DNA of 64,000 nucleotides from Phoronis australis. Taxonomy: Eukaryota; Animalia; Phoronida. The number at the start of each line of letters is the position of its first letter. Within the stretch, counting starts at the first letter, position 1. The position numbers and the translations under genes were made by a program. Of this stretch, positions 1 to 13,223 are shown piece after piece. The notes beneath the pieces are model-generated. The model had not been told where the DNA came from. It searched no databases and worked only from the letters and a program-made list of their open reading frames with translations. The stretch lies in assembly GCA_002633005.1 (NCBI GenBank), contig NMRA01000273.1, positions 439,555-503,554 of the forward strand, read 5' to 3'.

Positions 1-24
1 CTATATGGAAAACACATACATCAT

Positions 25-1199
25 CAGGCCTTCGTGCAGTACGTCCTGGGCATTCAAATGAACACCCCAACAGTAATCTGGATGCCCTGGCAAGGACGCC
101 CAATGTATCATTTGGACACCCACTGTCAATCAGAATTTCTCCAGTTAGGACACTGGTAGTTAATCAACGATTGGTGATAGTTTAAGAGAGAAATGTTGAC
201 CTTTCACCTCAGAAAGAAATGTACAACCTACAGTAAATGTTGCAATGTTCAAACTATTGAAAAACACGTCAATCCTTTGCAGGTTTTCAGTGGTCAAGTG
301 TTTCAGTGCAGTCTCTCAGTGGTCTGATCACAAATAGAAATTCAGTACTACCGGTACATAGAGCAGCACAACCTTGGGTAACTCCAAACTGGTGTTTCAG
401 AGCTGTAATGTCTGTTTTTCATCTTTTTTTAAAAAACACCATAAGCGAAATAGATGACATCATTTTAATACTATATTATGCCACAAGAACATGCCCACTT
501 AAAATTTTTTAATTTGCGCCCATTTCACGCTTTTCAATGTCCGTTTTAATGTTTTAATATGGAGCAGCAGTGACATCTGTTGCCAAAATATAAATCACAC
601 AACATCTGTGCATTTTTCTTGTGTTGGTAACAACAGTTGTGACGATTCAATGTACAGAACATAAAAGTTAGTTAAGTTAAGAAAATATGATAAACTTTAT
701 AACACAGGGCTTGGAATAACCAATGACAAAAAACGCGGAAACTTTTACGGCCCAAATCATGCCCGATAACCAGCCTTTGAAATGGTCAATGTGAACCTTT
801 CTGCAACAAAAATGGGGACTAAAAAAAAAAAAAAACGTTACCACCATCAGTAGCATGCGTCTGCGTCNAGTGCACTCATTATTCAACCAATGTCTAATAT
901 ATGTTTGGTAAGCTACTTGGCTGTTTTCATAAATCTAGAAGAAAAAGTTTTGGTCCCCGCTCTGTTTTTAGTAAAAAATCTCACTACAGGGGGAGCTGTT
1001 TTTGTATAAATGTAGATGTAAAAGCCTTGGTCTATACATTTTTTGTAAAAACCTCACTGTGGGGGGGGGAGGTTACTGGTGAAAGGTAGTGGGGGGGTGA
1101 GGCCAGTAAGTGTAACGCACCGCTGGAATCATGGACGCCCCGGAATATGGGGAACCCCATTTTGGACACTCTATTTTCGAAATCCTGGATGAAGCCCTG
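25..1199. mobile_element. Non-autonomous hAT-like DNA transposon (family A, copy 1)
   Basis: Imperfect TIRs CAGGCCTTCGTGCAG / CTGGATGAAGCCCTG. Flanked by a perfect 8-bp direct repeat TACATCAT (17-24, 1200-1207). Both ends are homologous, in inverted orientation, to 30765-31249. Confidence 0.85.
705..867 (+). mobile_element. hAT-like MITE family B, 5' fragment nested in family A copy 1
   Basis: Begins CAGGGCTTGGAAT and aligns with 1697-~1852. Ends exactly at the single N at 868. Confidence 0.75.
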
Positions 1200-1200
1200 T

Positions 1201-1343
1201 ACATCATATGGCAAATTGTTGACACATCATAAGGCAAATAGTTGACACATCATGAAATCTCACTGTCATACGACAAAATAGGACTACAGGGTAAGTATTT
1301 TATCACTTTAATAGGACTACAGGGTAAGTATTTTACCATTTTA
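1201..1343. repeat. Two short tandem duplications (about 23-bp and 33-bp units)
   Basis: acatcataWggcaaatWgttgac occurs twice (1201-1250). ataggactacagggtaagtatttta... occurs twice (1279-1343). Confidence 0.7.
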
Positions 1344-1696
1344 AACTGAAAGATAAGTAGCACCAAATTGAGAGTTTTCATCTACTGCTATTATTCAAAT
1401 ACATTATGAGATAATTGTTGGCTGGTAAACATCTGGTGACACCACAGATAACTTGTAAACATGTAGGGCATCTGATTTATGATTTATGTTTGCATGGTGA
1501 GATTGGATGGCACGTGTCTAGAGAATCCTCTGAGCAAACGATTTGCTAATCTATGTATTTATTTGATACATTTTAAGGATGACCTTCAACTTTTTATTTG
1601 TCAATGATGGTTGCTTTGTTGTAAATGCAACGAAAAGCAAGTTGACTTTGCCGTGGAATCGGGTTTTCTAGAGCAATTAATGTTCTTTACCCTTAT

Positions 1697-2201
1697 CAGG
1701 GCTTGGAATGACCAATGACAAAAAACGCGGAAACTTTTACAGCCCAAAACATGCGCGCTACCCAGCCTTGAAATAGTCGATGAGAACCTTTCGCCGACAA
1801 AAATCGGTAAAACTAAAAAACGTTACCACCATCAGTAGCATGCGACTGCGTCTTTTTATCTCGTCCATCCACTCTTCCACTCCCACCCCCACACATTTTT
1901 GGCTGCAAAGCCGTAGTATTTGTCACCGCGGTTTACAATCACACGAGACGCCATTGAAAATCCCACCACGCTATCCCAGATGCCCCGGCAATGTTGACAA
2001 TTTACGTTCCTCCGAAACATACAGAGCAACTTCCGCTTTTCAAGGTGAACGTCGTCGGCAACGCCGCGGTAAGAAAGGAATTTGCCGCGGAAATTTTATA
2101 TCAAATCCGATTTTTTTTTACGCGGAAATATAATAAAATGCGCGGACAGAACATTTGAAAAAAGCGGAAATCCGTGTTTCTGCGGAAAATTCCAAGCCCT
2201 G
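1697..2201 (+). mobile_element. hAT-like MITE family B, full length (505 bp)
   Basis: Perfect 13-bp TIR CAGGGCTTGGAAT / ATTCCAAGCCCTG. Many subterminal (C)GCGGAAA motifs. No clean 8-bp TSD (acccttat vs cattatac). Confidence 0.75.
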
Positions 2202-2774
2202 CATTATACTATTTACACACAAACGCAACCCATAGGGCGTGAACAAAAACAAGACGAATAAGATACCAAGCTTTTGCCATACCTGGAACGTTACAGCAAT
2301 ATTAGAAGCTGTTGAAAATTGCACAAGCCCATTTGACAAAAACGTTTTCCTCTGAATTTGGTGACATTTTATTGTACAACCTAACATTACCTTTTGCAGC
2401 TCACCAACACCACAACAACCTATGTTATCTTTACATCATGCATCTGATAATAATGAGCTGAACAAGCCAAAAGTTAGTCCACATCACGTAAATATGAACA
2501 TGAGGTTGAACTTGAAATGTGTGGCTGTTCACATCCTGACTAACATCTACCTTGTGTGCACCGCAGGCAACAAGTGGCATTTAACTCCACCATTCTACTG
2601 ACGGCCAGTCTTTTTCATGAGTGATAAAAGGATAACCTATACGTGTTACATGGGTTGCCAGGTTACATTATAAAAGACAAAAATGCAAAACTCGCACGTT
2701 CAAATTCTGTCAGAGAATGGCTTAACTGTATTTCCATACTTTAAACCAAAGGAAAGTTAATTCACGCTACTCAC

Positions 2775-3060
2775 CACTGCAACTCTGTGTAGCCCGTGGA
2801 GGAATTCACCGCTACTGAAGAGCCCCCTACTGCCTTGTACCGAACTGTGAAATTAAAGATCCCACTGGTGACCGGCAAGGACCATGAGACATTGATGCTG
2901 GAGTCAGACATGGCGATGGCATGTATATCACGAGGAGGCGCCAAGCAATTGCCGACGTTATGTGTAACACCTACTGATGAAGTCTGTACAGCTTCCAGTG
3001 CCACCGGGCCAGTCTGCTCATTGAAAGCCAGGACTCGAATGTCGTACCAAGTGTTGGGTA
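2775..3060 (-). CDS. PRTG: Protogenin-like exon, FN3-3 C-part plus FN3-4 N-part (last exon identified; gene should continue toward or beyond position 1)
   Basis: Acceptor cattttgtag|TA and donor TG|gtgagt. Length 286 nt, phase 1-2. Splicing to the previous exon gives FRL-I-PNTWYDIRVLAFN (the LxPxTxY motif), followed by LAPPRDIHAIAMSDSSINVSWSLP...NFTVRYKAVG. Confidence 0.9.
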
Positions 3061-6000
3061 CTACAAAATGGCAAAGGCATAGCTTACATAAAGAGCAGTG
3101 AATTAAACCAAACACCAAAATGCACTGAAGATTATGTGTGGTCCCAATGCATACAAGCTTGAAACAAAATTTAAGAACACTTCAATGCTAGCCAATATTT
3201 TCTTACAAAGCATTAAAACTGCCCTGTGGGAGATGAGGGGGTGGTGCTGCAAACAAAACACAACCCACTCTGATCATTCTATTAAACAGATGTGCGCCAC
3301 GATTACAAAAGAAAGATCTGCAACAGACGAAGCAGTAACTGAGTTCACAAACAACTCTTGTGTGCTTTAGTGACAGGGTGATTTTTTATCCTAAGATCGA
3401 GATTTCATCACATGCCAACTTTTAATAAAGTAATAGTACACGTGACTTGGGAGACAGAAAGACATGAGAGACAGAATGTGACATTGATTGTTAATGATTG
3501 TCTCAGTTCATCAATAACCTACAAATAGTAATCATCTCTATAACTACTTCATGCTTATCGCCTCAGTGAGGGCTCGATTCCAGTTCCAGTGTCTCAAGGG
3601 AGATAAGTACCAAACACACCGATGTTGGAAAATAGGTTCATAGGAAAGAGTGAAGTTATTTAAGTCAATTGTACCCAACAATCCTCATTGTTGTAGCCAT
3701 GTAAAATTGACACTGCTTTGTTGCACAATATAAGTAAAAAATTGTAGATATTGTTGCCTCTGCTGATTGAAGACCATACAATAAAGAGGCAACATTTTAT
3801 GCAAATTTTCCTGTGAACTAAACGAGAAATAGATGTTTGAAACTGTTAAAAAGTCAAAAATCAAAAGGCATGAAAAAGACTGAAAATTTAAAATCACTTA
3901 GTCTTCCTAAACAACTACCACATTTAGCACTAAACCAAAGTGTTTCACGAAATTTATGAATAACAATGATTATAAAAATGATTTTATACAATTAAAAGAA
4001 TACCAGAAAATCCATAAAAGCTGACAATACCTTGGGCTTTTGCCATGGTTAGTGGCGAAGCACATGCCTTGAATTTTAAGGCAAGTGGTGCCCCCAGAAG
4101 ACTGGGAACTGTTTGTTTGGAGTTCCAAGCCAGACTTAAAAGACCTAGTAGCACATGTATTTAACCCTTATTATATGGTTAGAACATGTTATAATGAAGC
4201 CATCAGTACCTACAGTACATGTTAATCCTCACGGAATCTGTTGGCGAAAAATTCACAAAATCCTCACTTGTAATGAACTAGAGCCAAGTGATACTCCGCC
4301 ATTTAAAAATCATCTTGCATTTAGGAGATACAGCTGTAGATGTGAAAAAATGCAGCTAGGGGCCACCGCAGTAGCTGGACCCGTTTGAAAATTTATGTCA
4401 GCCATGTTCTTGTCAGAAGGAACACAACTGCCAATTTTCATAATGAACCTCAGCGCAGATAGAGAAGCAGACGACAATAAAAGAAAATTAAAATGGTCAC
4501 CAGTGGTGCAAAATGCGTCGAATCCATCACAAAAAAGGTGCTGACGTCATCATAATAGAACCTTGTTTGCCAAATTTCATGAAAAAGCATCGAAGAACTC
4601 GGAAGAGAGGTAAATGTAAAACATAAAATTGCCACTAGGGTGCACACATATAAATGGCCAGGCAGGAACTCGCTTTGCGTACAGTTAACATAAAGAATCC
4701 AGCATATATGACATCACAGTTGAGTGTTCCCACTGTAGTGAAGCGTCATTGTAAAATCCACCTCGTTACTTCCGAGTTAAAGGTGCTACGTCACATTAAA
4801 TTATGAATATGCAAATATAGTACTAGTTTACAAACAACCCCAGCTCTTTGGGTGTGCCAGAAACCAACTGAGAACCAGTTACCATTTCAATCTCGTGAGT
4901 CTCGTTTTGCAAGACAATCTTTATGTAAATAAATATGGTAATATGTCATCGTTACCCTAATAAAACATGGCACAGTTTCTATTTCACTATCAGATAATAA
5001 TTGCATAATATTTAAAGTTACTAGGGTTTATATATGTTCACACTTGTTTTTAATGTATCAGTTGTGGTGTTTTCTTTAAAACCACATTTTATTTACAAAT
5101 TGTTTATTTTCCTGATTATACTTTTACACACAGTCCTCCAAGAACTTACAAGGTGGCGCTTGCTGCAAATTTCAATATTCAGTTTTAATGGGACATAGCA
5201 TCTTTAACTTGAGCTGTTAACTTTGATTCAAGACTTAAGTTACTCCCACTGACAGAAGCTTCAGTAACATGGAAGCTTTGGAGCCAATGAGAAAGGCCTT
5301 TAAATGACAAAGAAAAATCTGGAATGTGTAACCCAGCTTAACCTTCAGCTAGCTGACTGACCAGGAGTGTCCATTGTTGGTCCATTCAAGTCCTTTCAAT
5401 ACAACCCATGAGCTAATCTCCTCTTTGATTAACCAAGTCTGTATTGAGAGCCCAGCACCAAACCATCAATGTTTAGTCACAAGCAGGTATTATGCAATGA
5501 ACCAACCCATAGGAAAATGTTGCATAATCTTGGCTAAGTTTGTACTAGATTATTCATAGGTCAGTAACCTGTGGCTGGTTGTTGTATAATCACAGGGAAA
5601 GCTAATAACAAATGGTCAGTTCATCATTGGTGTTTATTTTGTCCTGGTTCTTCTGTACACATCCCCTTGATGTAAAAAATCTTCAATTTAGAAAACATAA
5701 TGGCTAAGTTTGTTGTTTTTTTCATTTGTCAGAGGCTTACTACATTGCTACAGTTGCTGAAAATTTGACTAATTTATTGTTTGGTGGCATCTGAACCATA
5801 CAAACCTAGTTAAAAACAATTAATTTACTTTTTTTAAGAAATGTGACGCAAAAAAGTTCACTTGCCTGCCATATAGTTCCCCAAACTGAATACCTTTTAA
5901 CACGAGCACTTGTGTACTTGATCTATATTCTGAGTAACTGTCACCAATATTGTTTAGATCCTTACCACTGGTGTCACTAGTGTGCACTTTATGCACTGCT

Positions 6001-6821
6001 GCTAAGTGCCCTGTTGTACAGCAGTATATATTGGCATACATTGGTAGCAAATATTCTTCAATGCAAGAGCTATTGAACAAAACACTGGCTATTGACAATT
6101 CTAATTTTCTCAGATATTACAAACTCATGAGAGAACTTAGAGGAATGTAGAATGGGCACTAGCCAGTGTTTAGTTCAGTACAGTCGCCTTGGAAACTGTT
6201 TGCAGTGAGGAACAAAACAATTTAATTATAAAATACAAAGGTGCAATAATGAAGGCTCTCATTAGCTTAACGCAATATTGGCCAAGGGACAAAGTCCAAC
6301 TGATGAGAACTGTCACAGCTGCCATGACCACACACACACGCACGAATTTTAAGCATTTCTACCAAGTGTCCAAATTGAGGATTTACAGTATGAAGGATAA
6401 AACTGTTTTCGAACAACATTTTGACCCCCAATAACAGCGCCTACACTTCCCTGTCAGCTCGCAACATTTTTCTCCGACACCCACGGACACAATTTCTCAT
6501 TCCATACCACTTTCTTACAAACATATTTCTTAATTGCGCATGGATCAACCCGTGTTCCAATGCATTGTTCATTGCCCGCCAAAGCTATTCTGCATCCCCC
6601 TCTACTGTTCCCTCTCACGGGCTATTTTGCGTATTAACCTGCACAAATCAACTGTAGCTTGCCACTACTTCTCAGCACTTGCCACCTAATTTTTTCAAAA
6701 CTTCGTTTTAAACTAAATCAGTTGTTACCTGCTGCCTTTAATGTATAAAAAGGAAAACAGAAACGAATAAAACATTTTTTTGACAATGTTTGCTAAAGAT
6801 AGACTGGATGTACCATGTTTG

Positions 6822-7157
6822 CATGAAACTGTGAACACAAGTATTGATAAAGTGATGACATGAAACTGTGAACACAAGTATTGATAAAGTGCTGACATGA
6901 AACTGTGAACACAGGTATTGATAAAGTACTGACATGAAACTGTGAACACAAGTATTGATAAAGTACTGACATGAAACTGTGAACACAAGTATTGATAAAG
7001 TGCTGACATGAAACTGTGAACACAAGTATTGATAAAGTACTGATATGAAACTGTGAACACAAGTATTGATAAAGTACTGATATGAAACTGTGAACACAGG
7101 TATTGATAAAGTACTGACATGAAACTGTGAACACAAGTATTGATAAAGTACTGACAT
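6822..7157. repeat. Minisatellite, 37-bp unit x9
   Basis: Unit catgaaactgtgaacacaagtattgataaagtactga starts at 6822, 6859, 6896, 6933, 6970, 7007, 7044, 7081 and 7118. Copies are head-to-tail with no spacers. Confidence 0.97.
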
Positions 7158-7580
7158 TTCTTCAATGACACTTGATAAACTGAATAACATTCACAGTATG
7201 TAGTGAAAAAAAAATTATAACTTTGCAGTTTATGGTATTCAAATAATTTAGTGAAAACAAAAATAAAACATTAAGTATAAGACACAGCAGGCAGGACTGG
7301 CAACAAAATCCAGGTTTAATCACAATTTCAGTACGAACATCCAAATAGTCACAAAGCACAGCAGAAATCACGGAATACTTTATAAGAGCATCCATGTTCT
7401 AAATTGTACAGAAAAACCATGTGTCCCTTGGTAGCTATAATTGACTGCAGATAATGTCACCATAACATCATCAAATGAACAAATAGGTTGTGAGACAACC
7501 CGTGTCAGAGCACACCAGAGGAGACGACCACTACAGCAGAACAAGTCGGTGATAGTCATGTTTTACCTAGAAATACTTAC

Positions 7581-7769
7581 TCAACCTGAAGAAGGTGAAG
7601 TTTTTGTTTGACGGTGGCAAAATGCGCGGCGTGCTCATTGGTTGGCCCGACTTGCTAATGAAGAGCTTGTAGCCAAGGATGGTTGGGTCGGGAGGCGAGT
7701 GCCAGCTCATGACGATGGCTGTGGAGTTCTTACACACCACTTGCACAGTGGGGGCCTCGGGACCATATC
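7581..7769 (-). CDS. PRTG: Protogenin-like exon, FN3-3 N-part
   Basis: Acceptor tgttcaccag|GA and donor A|gtaagt. Length 189 nt, phase 1-1. Translates (G)YGPEAPTVQVVCKNSTAIVMSWHSPPDPTILGYKLFISKSGQPMSTPRILPPSNKNFTFFRL. Confidence 0.9.
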
Positions 7770-9070
7770 CTGGTGAACAACGAATAGAATCATTGTCTTT
7801 TTTCGTAAAGTTGCCATTCTTCAAAGGATTTTTTTCAATACAAATTGCAAATTTGACAGGAAGATAACAGTGGCTTATCTCTAATCATCGCCTTATCAAA
7901 TTACTGATTTCCAAGAAATGATGTTTCCAACTAATAATGGCACAGAATCTGTCCGCCCTACTTTTGTTCAAACCCGTTGTACAAAATCATTGCAAATTAC
8001 TGAGTGTAACCATAAATGAGAGCAACTCTGCGTAATGATAGGTGCCCACCACGTGCATAGCGAATGGCAGAGATATAAGGAAAGATAATTTTTGAAATTG
8101 CCACAAGGGGACATGACAGTAGTCAGACAAACAAGGAGTTTCATGCCCAAAACTAAAACAGATTATAAAGGATGCCACATTTGTCAAATCAGGATTGGTG
8201 TTGATGCATTCTCACCACATACCTGAGCGTAAAGTTTTAACAAAATTTGTGCGATTGTTTTCCCGAAACTTGAGGAACATGTATTTTTTGTCAAAAACTA
8301 CATCAACCCACAGGGAGTGCCACAGCAGTTGCATAAGCTTGAAATCAACACATGTAGGTGCAGCGCCTTGTGTCAAATTTCATCACAATCCATCAAATGG
8401 CATCCAAAAACAGAGTTGACAGACACGCGTCCACAATTTTTATAGGCAACATGGCAACATTTTAGCTCAAACAGCGACAGTGCACTTAGAAGTCAAAAGC
8501 AGCTGAAGGGTATTGATAAACGATGGCGTAATAACAGGAAATGACCGGATTTGTGACAGACTACAGGTGAACCAAGTGATAAGGGATGGACAGAATTAGC
8601 AACTAATCCCGTCTTGTTTCTATTACAATGCTTCCAATACAATCGATCCCAAGGATAAACAAATTATACAAGTTTAAACGTGTCGCAAACAAGGTGTGGG
8701 TAGAAAGTTCATTCACTTGGAACGAGTTGTGGATCTATTTATATGCATGTGATTATACAATGACAACGCGCTAAAATGCACACAGTGGACACGACAATTT
8801 ATGCACTCACTGATTATGGACAATTGACTTTGGTGAGTTGTTTCTTGAGATTTGAAAATGAACTCGGACAATAAACAGTTGCAATGCTCATTACTCGTAA
8901 TCAAAAACACAGTTGGGTAAGTCCATCTAGGCAACATTAAATGGGCCAAAAGTAAGCTACAAGGATCAGTCAAGAATGGATGCAAGAATCCTGCAGAGCA
9001 GATAGCCCACAATGCACCAAGTATATAAAAGTCCACGACTGTCCCTAGCCATGCCAGCACACATTCCTAC

Positions 9071-9385
9071 CTGTTCTGGCTGCAGCCGTAGCCACAGTTT
9101 TGTATGGCCAGTCGCTATCGCTGAGGTCATCAGGTACACCTTTGCTTGTGCCAGCCAGTATCCGCACATCATACTGTGTTGCGGGCTTGAGACTGGTGAT
9201 CATATAATTGCGTGCCTCACCCCAGACGGTCTGCGTCGTCCACGAATCCGCCAGGTGGAGTCTGTAGTAGATTTTGTAGTGGGTGATTTCACCCTTGGCA
9301 CGTACCCGTGCTAGGGGTGACCACTCAACGCGAATTGATGACGGGCTGACACTGATGACGTCAAACTCAGGTGGTGTGTCGGGGA
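9071..9385 (-). CDS. PRTG: Protogenin-like exon, FN3-2
   Basis: Acceptor ctttttcag|TC and donor G|gtagga. Length 315 nt, phase 1-1. Translates (V)PDTPPEFDVISVSPSSIRVEWSPLARVRAKGEITHYKIYYR...LKPATQYDVRILAGTSKG...ART. Confidence 0.92.
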
Positions 9386-9641
9386 CTGAAAAAGGAGACA
9401 TACAACCTGACATTAACCACCAGTGACATGTGACAGAATTGATAAATAAACAATAACAAGAACTACAAACGACATCTCTGAACCACTGTACGGACCAACA
9501 AAAGCACTATTAACCAAAACATTCACATTGAAAAACGCCTCTTGAGCTCATGCCTTTTATTTTCTACCACGAAGTTGGAACATTTTGCTTTGTGCTATCC
9601 GTGTTTCTATCACGTGCAAAACCAATACAAGAGGCCCATAC

Positions 9642-9800
9642 CTCCATCCTCGGTGACAATGACGACACTTTGCGAAGGCTCACTCTTGTAGGTGCCGGCG
9701 TAAGACACAACGTAGAATGTGTAGCTAGTGTGAGGACGGAGATGCTTGATGTCGCAGAATGTTTGTTCGCCTTGAACCACATCCTGCAAGTCTATCCCTC
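9642..9800 (-). CDS. PRTG: Protogenin-like exon, FN3-1 C-half
   Basis: Acceptor gtttccgcag|GA and donor G|gtatgg. Length 159 nt, phase 1-1. Translates (G)GIDLQDVVQGEQTFCDIKHLRPHTSYTFYVVSYAGTYKSEPSQSVVIVTEDG, with the FN3 LxPxTxY motif. Confidence 0.92.
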
Positions 9801-10277
9801 CTGCGGAAACCAAGAGAAACCAACATTGGGTTGTTCGAAAGCATGAGACAACGAATATGAGTTCACGTTCAATCGTACACATTTTGTTAAAAATCTGACA
9901 AGACATACTATGCAAAAACTAAAGTTTATTGCGCTCCAATTGATGGCACAAAGCCTTGATATCCAAGTTTAATCCACTGAAGAAATGTCCGAACATCGAC
10001 GTGGACAACATTAAAACGCAGAGTCTACTTTGATATATCAATCCCAGATCTGTGAACAATGCGTTTGCTCATTGTCAAGGCCAAAACTAAAATTATAAAA
10101 GCAGACCGTGTACCCTACACAAAAAATGTGCATTTGTACGGATATTTGGCTTGTAGTACGCAATACCAGGTAAAAATACAAAAATTTGAAACAGATTATT
10201 TACTGATTTGTTACTCACTTAGCGATAATAGTAGAAATTTAAGACTTTTGAATTAGAAATTAAGCGAATATATGTTT

Positions 10278-11497
10278 ATATTATCTTAACCAAAATGCTT
10301 GAGCTGTGAAGTCAGAAACTTGCTTTGATTTATTCTAAATATTGCAAGAGAATGTAAGAGTCGCAAGGCATCTTCTATGGGTATTCACCGGCCTCAACAA
10401 TAAGCAACGATTTCTGTGGTTGGTGGATTGTTTTCTTCCTTTGATTTCCACTATTTGTGGCTAAACAAGTACTGTTGACAAAGAGTCAAAGAGTGAGAGG
10501 CTGCGTATTTCGACCTGTGAAGTAAATAGCTAATGAAACAAGGACACGTCTATTTTTGTCTCATTATTCCGAAGAATGTGCCTTGTCAAAAACTTAAAGA
10601 AAGTGGTTAATATTGCATGTTGTGTTGCGTGTTGTTTTCTTGGGCAAATGATGGTCGCACTGACTTTGTGGCATGTAAAGCCACCAGTCAAAGTTTTTTG
10701 ACAGCCATTACGGTAGTATGTGTTTACAGATGCTTTCTATGAATAATTACTCAAAACTTCATTGTCTGACGTAAAACATTGCCCAGCGCAGATTCATGGA
10801 CACTTTTTTTGCAGATACATTTGTGGTTTAAGAAACAAGCAAAACTTTTCAACTAAGAAACTCCTTTGTTGTATATCTTATCACAGAATACATAACCATT
10901 ATGGCATGTATTTATATAATTATATAAGTTCAATAAGGAACCATTCTATTCATTAACCTATAATGTTTTCACTAGGCGCTGCAAGCACAGTCTACCAACT
11001 AAACACCTTAGAGAATTCTGACATCTGGTGGTGGAATCACTACATGTATTAAACTGTGTCAAAAGGAAAAGTACCAACTAAACAGTTTCAATACGTCAAC
11101 GAGCCTAAAAGCTCAAATTTTCGGCATCTACGTGAAAATCTGTTAATTTGTTGAAAAATTTGCAAATGTGGTGTCCGAAATACTCAAGTGCAGTTTTGTT
11201 GGTACATATGTCTGTAAAAGCACGCAAAAACACTGCGATAGAGGACTGAATATGACATGTGATAACATAAATATCTAAGGAATGCAGGGTAGTGTGGCAC
11301 TGGTGAGTAATCTTAGAAACAGGAACACAACATTGACAAGATTGTACATGATACAGCTTGCCAGAATTTTAACAAAATATGCTTGAACGACAGACTGTTA
11401 CCAAAGTATAGTAATTTGAACATACAATACTTTCATTCACACATTACAGAAATCACCACGAACTATCAGCTCATCTGACAATAAATGTACCAAGAAG

Positions 11498-11528
<31 letters not shown>

Positions 11529-12877
11529 AACACACACACANNNNNNNNNNNNNNNNNNNNNNNNNNNNNNNNNNNNNNNNNNNNNNNNNNNNNNNNNNNN
11601 NNNNNNNNNNNNNNNNNNNNNNNNNNNNNNNNNNNNNNNNNNNNNNNNNNNNNNNNNNNNATATTATCTTAACCAAAATGCTTGAGCTGTGAAGTCAGAA
11701 ACTTGCTTTGATTTATTCTAAATATTGCAAGAGAATGTAAGAGTCGCAAGGCATCTTCTATAGGTATTCACCGGCCTCAACAATAAGCAACGATTTCTGT
11801 GGTTGGTGGATTGTTTTCTTCCTTTGATTTCCACTATTTGTGGCTAAACAAGTACTGTTGACAAACAGTCAAAGAGTGAGAGGCTGCATATTTCGACCTG
11901 TGAAGTAAATAGCTAATGAAACAAGGACACGTCTATTTTTGTCTCATTATTCCGAAGAATGTGCCTTGTCAAAAACTTAAAGAAAGTGGTTAATATTGCA
12001 TGTTGTGTTGCGTGTTGTTTTCTTGTGCAAATGATGGTCGCACTGACTTTGTGGCATGTAAAGCCACCAGTCAAAGTTTTTTGACAGCCATTACGGTAGT
12101 AGGGGTTTACAGATGCTTTCTATGAATAATTACTCAAAACTTCATTGTCTGACGTAAAACATTGTCCAGCGCAGATTCATGGACACTTTTTGCAGATACA
12201 TTTTTGGTTTAAGAAACAAGCAAAACTTTTCAACTAAGAAACTCCTTTGTTGTATATCTTATAACAAAATACATAACCATAATGGCATGTATTTATATAA
12301 TTATATAAGTTCAATAAGGAACCATTCTATTCATTAACCTATAATGTTTTCACTAGGCGCTGCAAGCACAGTCTACCAACTAAACACCTTAGATAATTCT
12401 GACATTTGGTGGTCGAATCACTACATGTATTAAACTGTGTCAAAAGGAAAAGTACCAACTAAACAGTTTCAATACGTCAACGTGCCTAAAAGTTCAAATT
12501 TTCGGCATCTATGTGAAAATCTGTTAATTTGTTGAAAAATTTGCAAATCTGGTGTCCAAAATACTCAAGTGCAGTTTTGTTGGTACACATGTCTGTAAAA
12601 GCACGCAAAAACACTGCGATAGAGGACTGAATATGACTTGTGATAACACAAATATCTAAGGAATGCAGGGTAGTGTGGCACTGGTGAGTAATCTTAGAAA
12701 TAGGAACACAACATTGACAAGGTTGTACATGATACAGCTTGCCAGAATTTCAACAAAATATGCTTGAACGACAGACTGTTACCAAAGTATAGTAATTTGA
12801 ACATTCAATACTTTCATTCACACATTACAGAAATCACCACGAACTATCAGTTCATCTGACAATAAATGTACCAAGAA

Positions 12878-12910
<33 letters not shown>
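10278..12910. repeat. About 1.25-kb direct duplication flanking an assembly gap (probably two alleles), each copy ending in (CA)n
   Basis: 10278-11540 matches 11661-12910 with roughly 28 differences counted by eye. The copies are separated only by the 120-N gap. Confidence 0.92.
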
Positions 12911-12914
<4 letters not shown>

Positions 12915-13223
12915 TACCAAATATATGCTACAGAAGGTTTTGTCTCTCCAGACATGTTGATGTCACATTTGAGTCTTCATGTGAACATTTGTAAACTTTG
13001 AAAAAATCTACATAACTCAGCTGCAATTGAAAACTGTGTATGACATGACCCTTCACACAAAGAGTGACACTATATACTGTATATCCCTAAACCACTGACA
13101 TTAATTATACACTTTGTGACAAAGACGTCTTGTAAATCGATTTTATATCATAATATTTCATTCAATGAATCATGGCTGAAGGTCAACATGTCATTATTTG
13201 GAAATATACCAAGTGGGAGTTAC

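Noticed and set aside
2796-3101. Plus-strand ORFs opposite exons (also 9012-9314, 13315-13593, 43932-44237)
   Set aside because: These are antisense shadows of real minus-strand exons and have no recognisable domains.
5950-6150. 66-aa ORF with a signal-peptide-like start (MFRSLPLVSLVCTLCTAA)
   Set aside because: Non-ATG start, short, no domain and no other support.
6421-6660. Possible extra exon between the FN3-3 halves
   Set aside because: The candidate acceptor gives an immediate stop in the required phase. The 7581 and 3060 exons already join into a complete FN3 motif.
6725-7190. Three overlapping 113-150 aa ORFs and a CRISPR-like 37-bp periodicity
   Set aside because: The ORFs are by-products of a stop-free 37-bp tandem repeat. 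The units are contiguous with no unique spacers, there are no cas genes, and the context is a eukaryotic intron.
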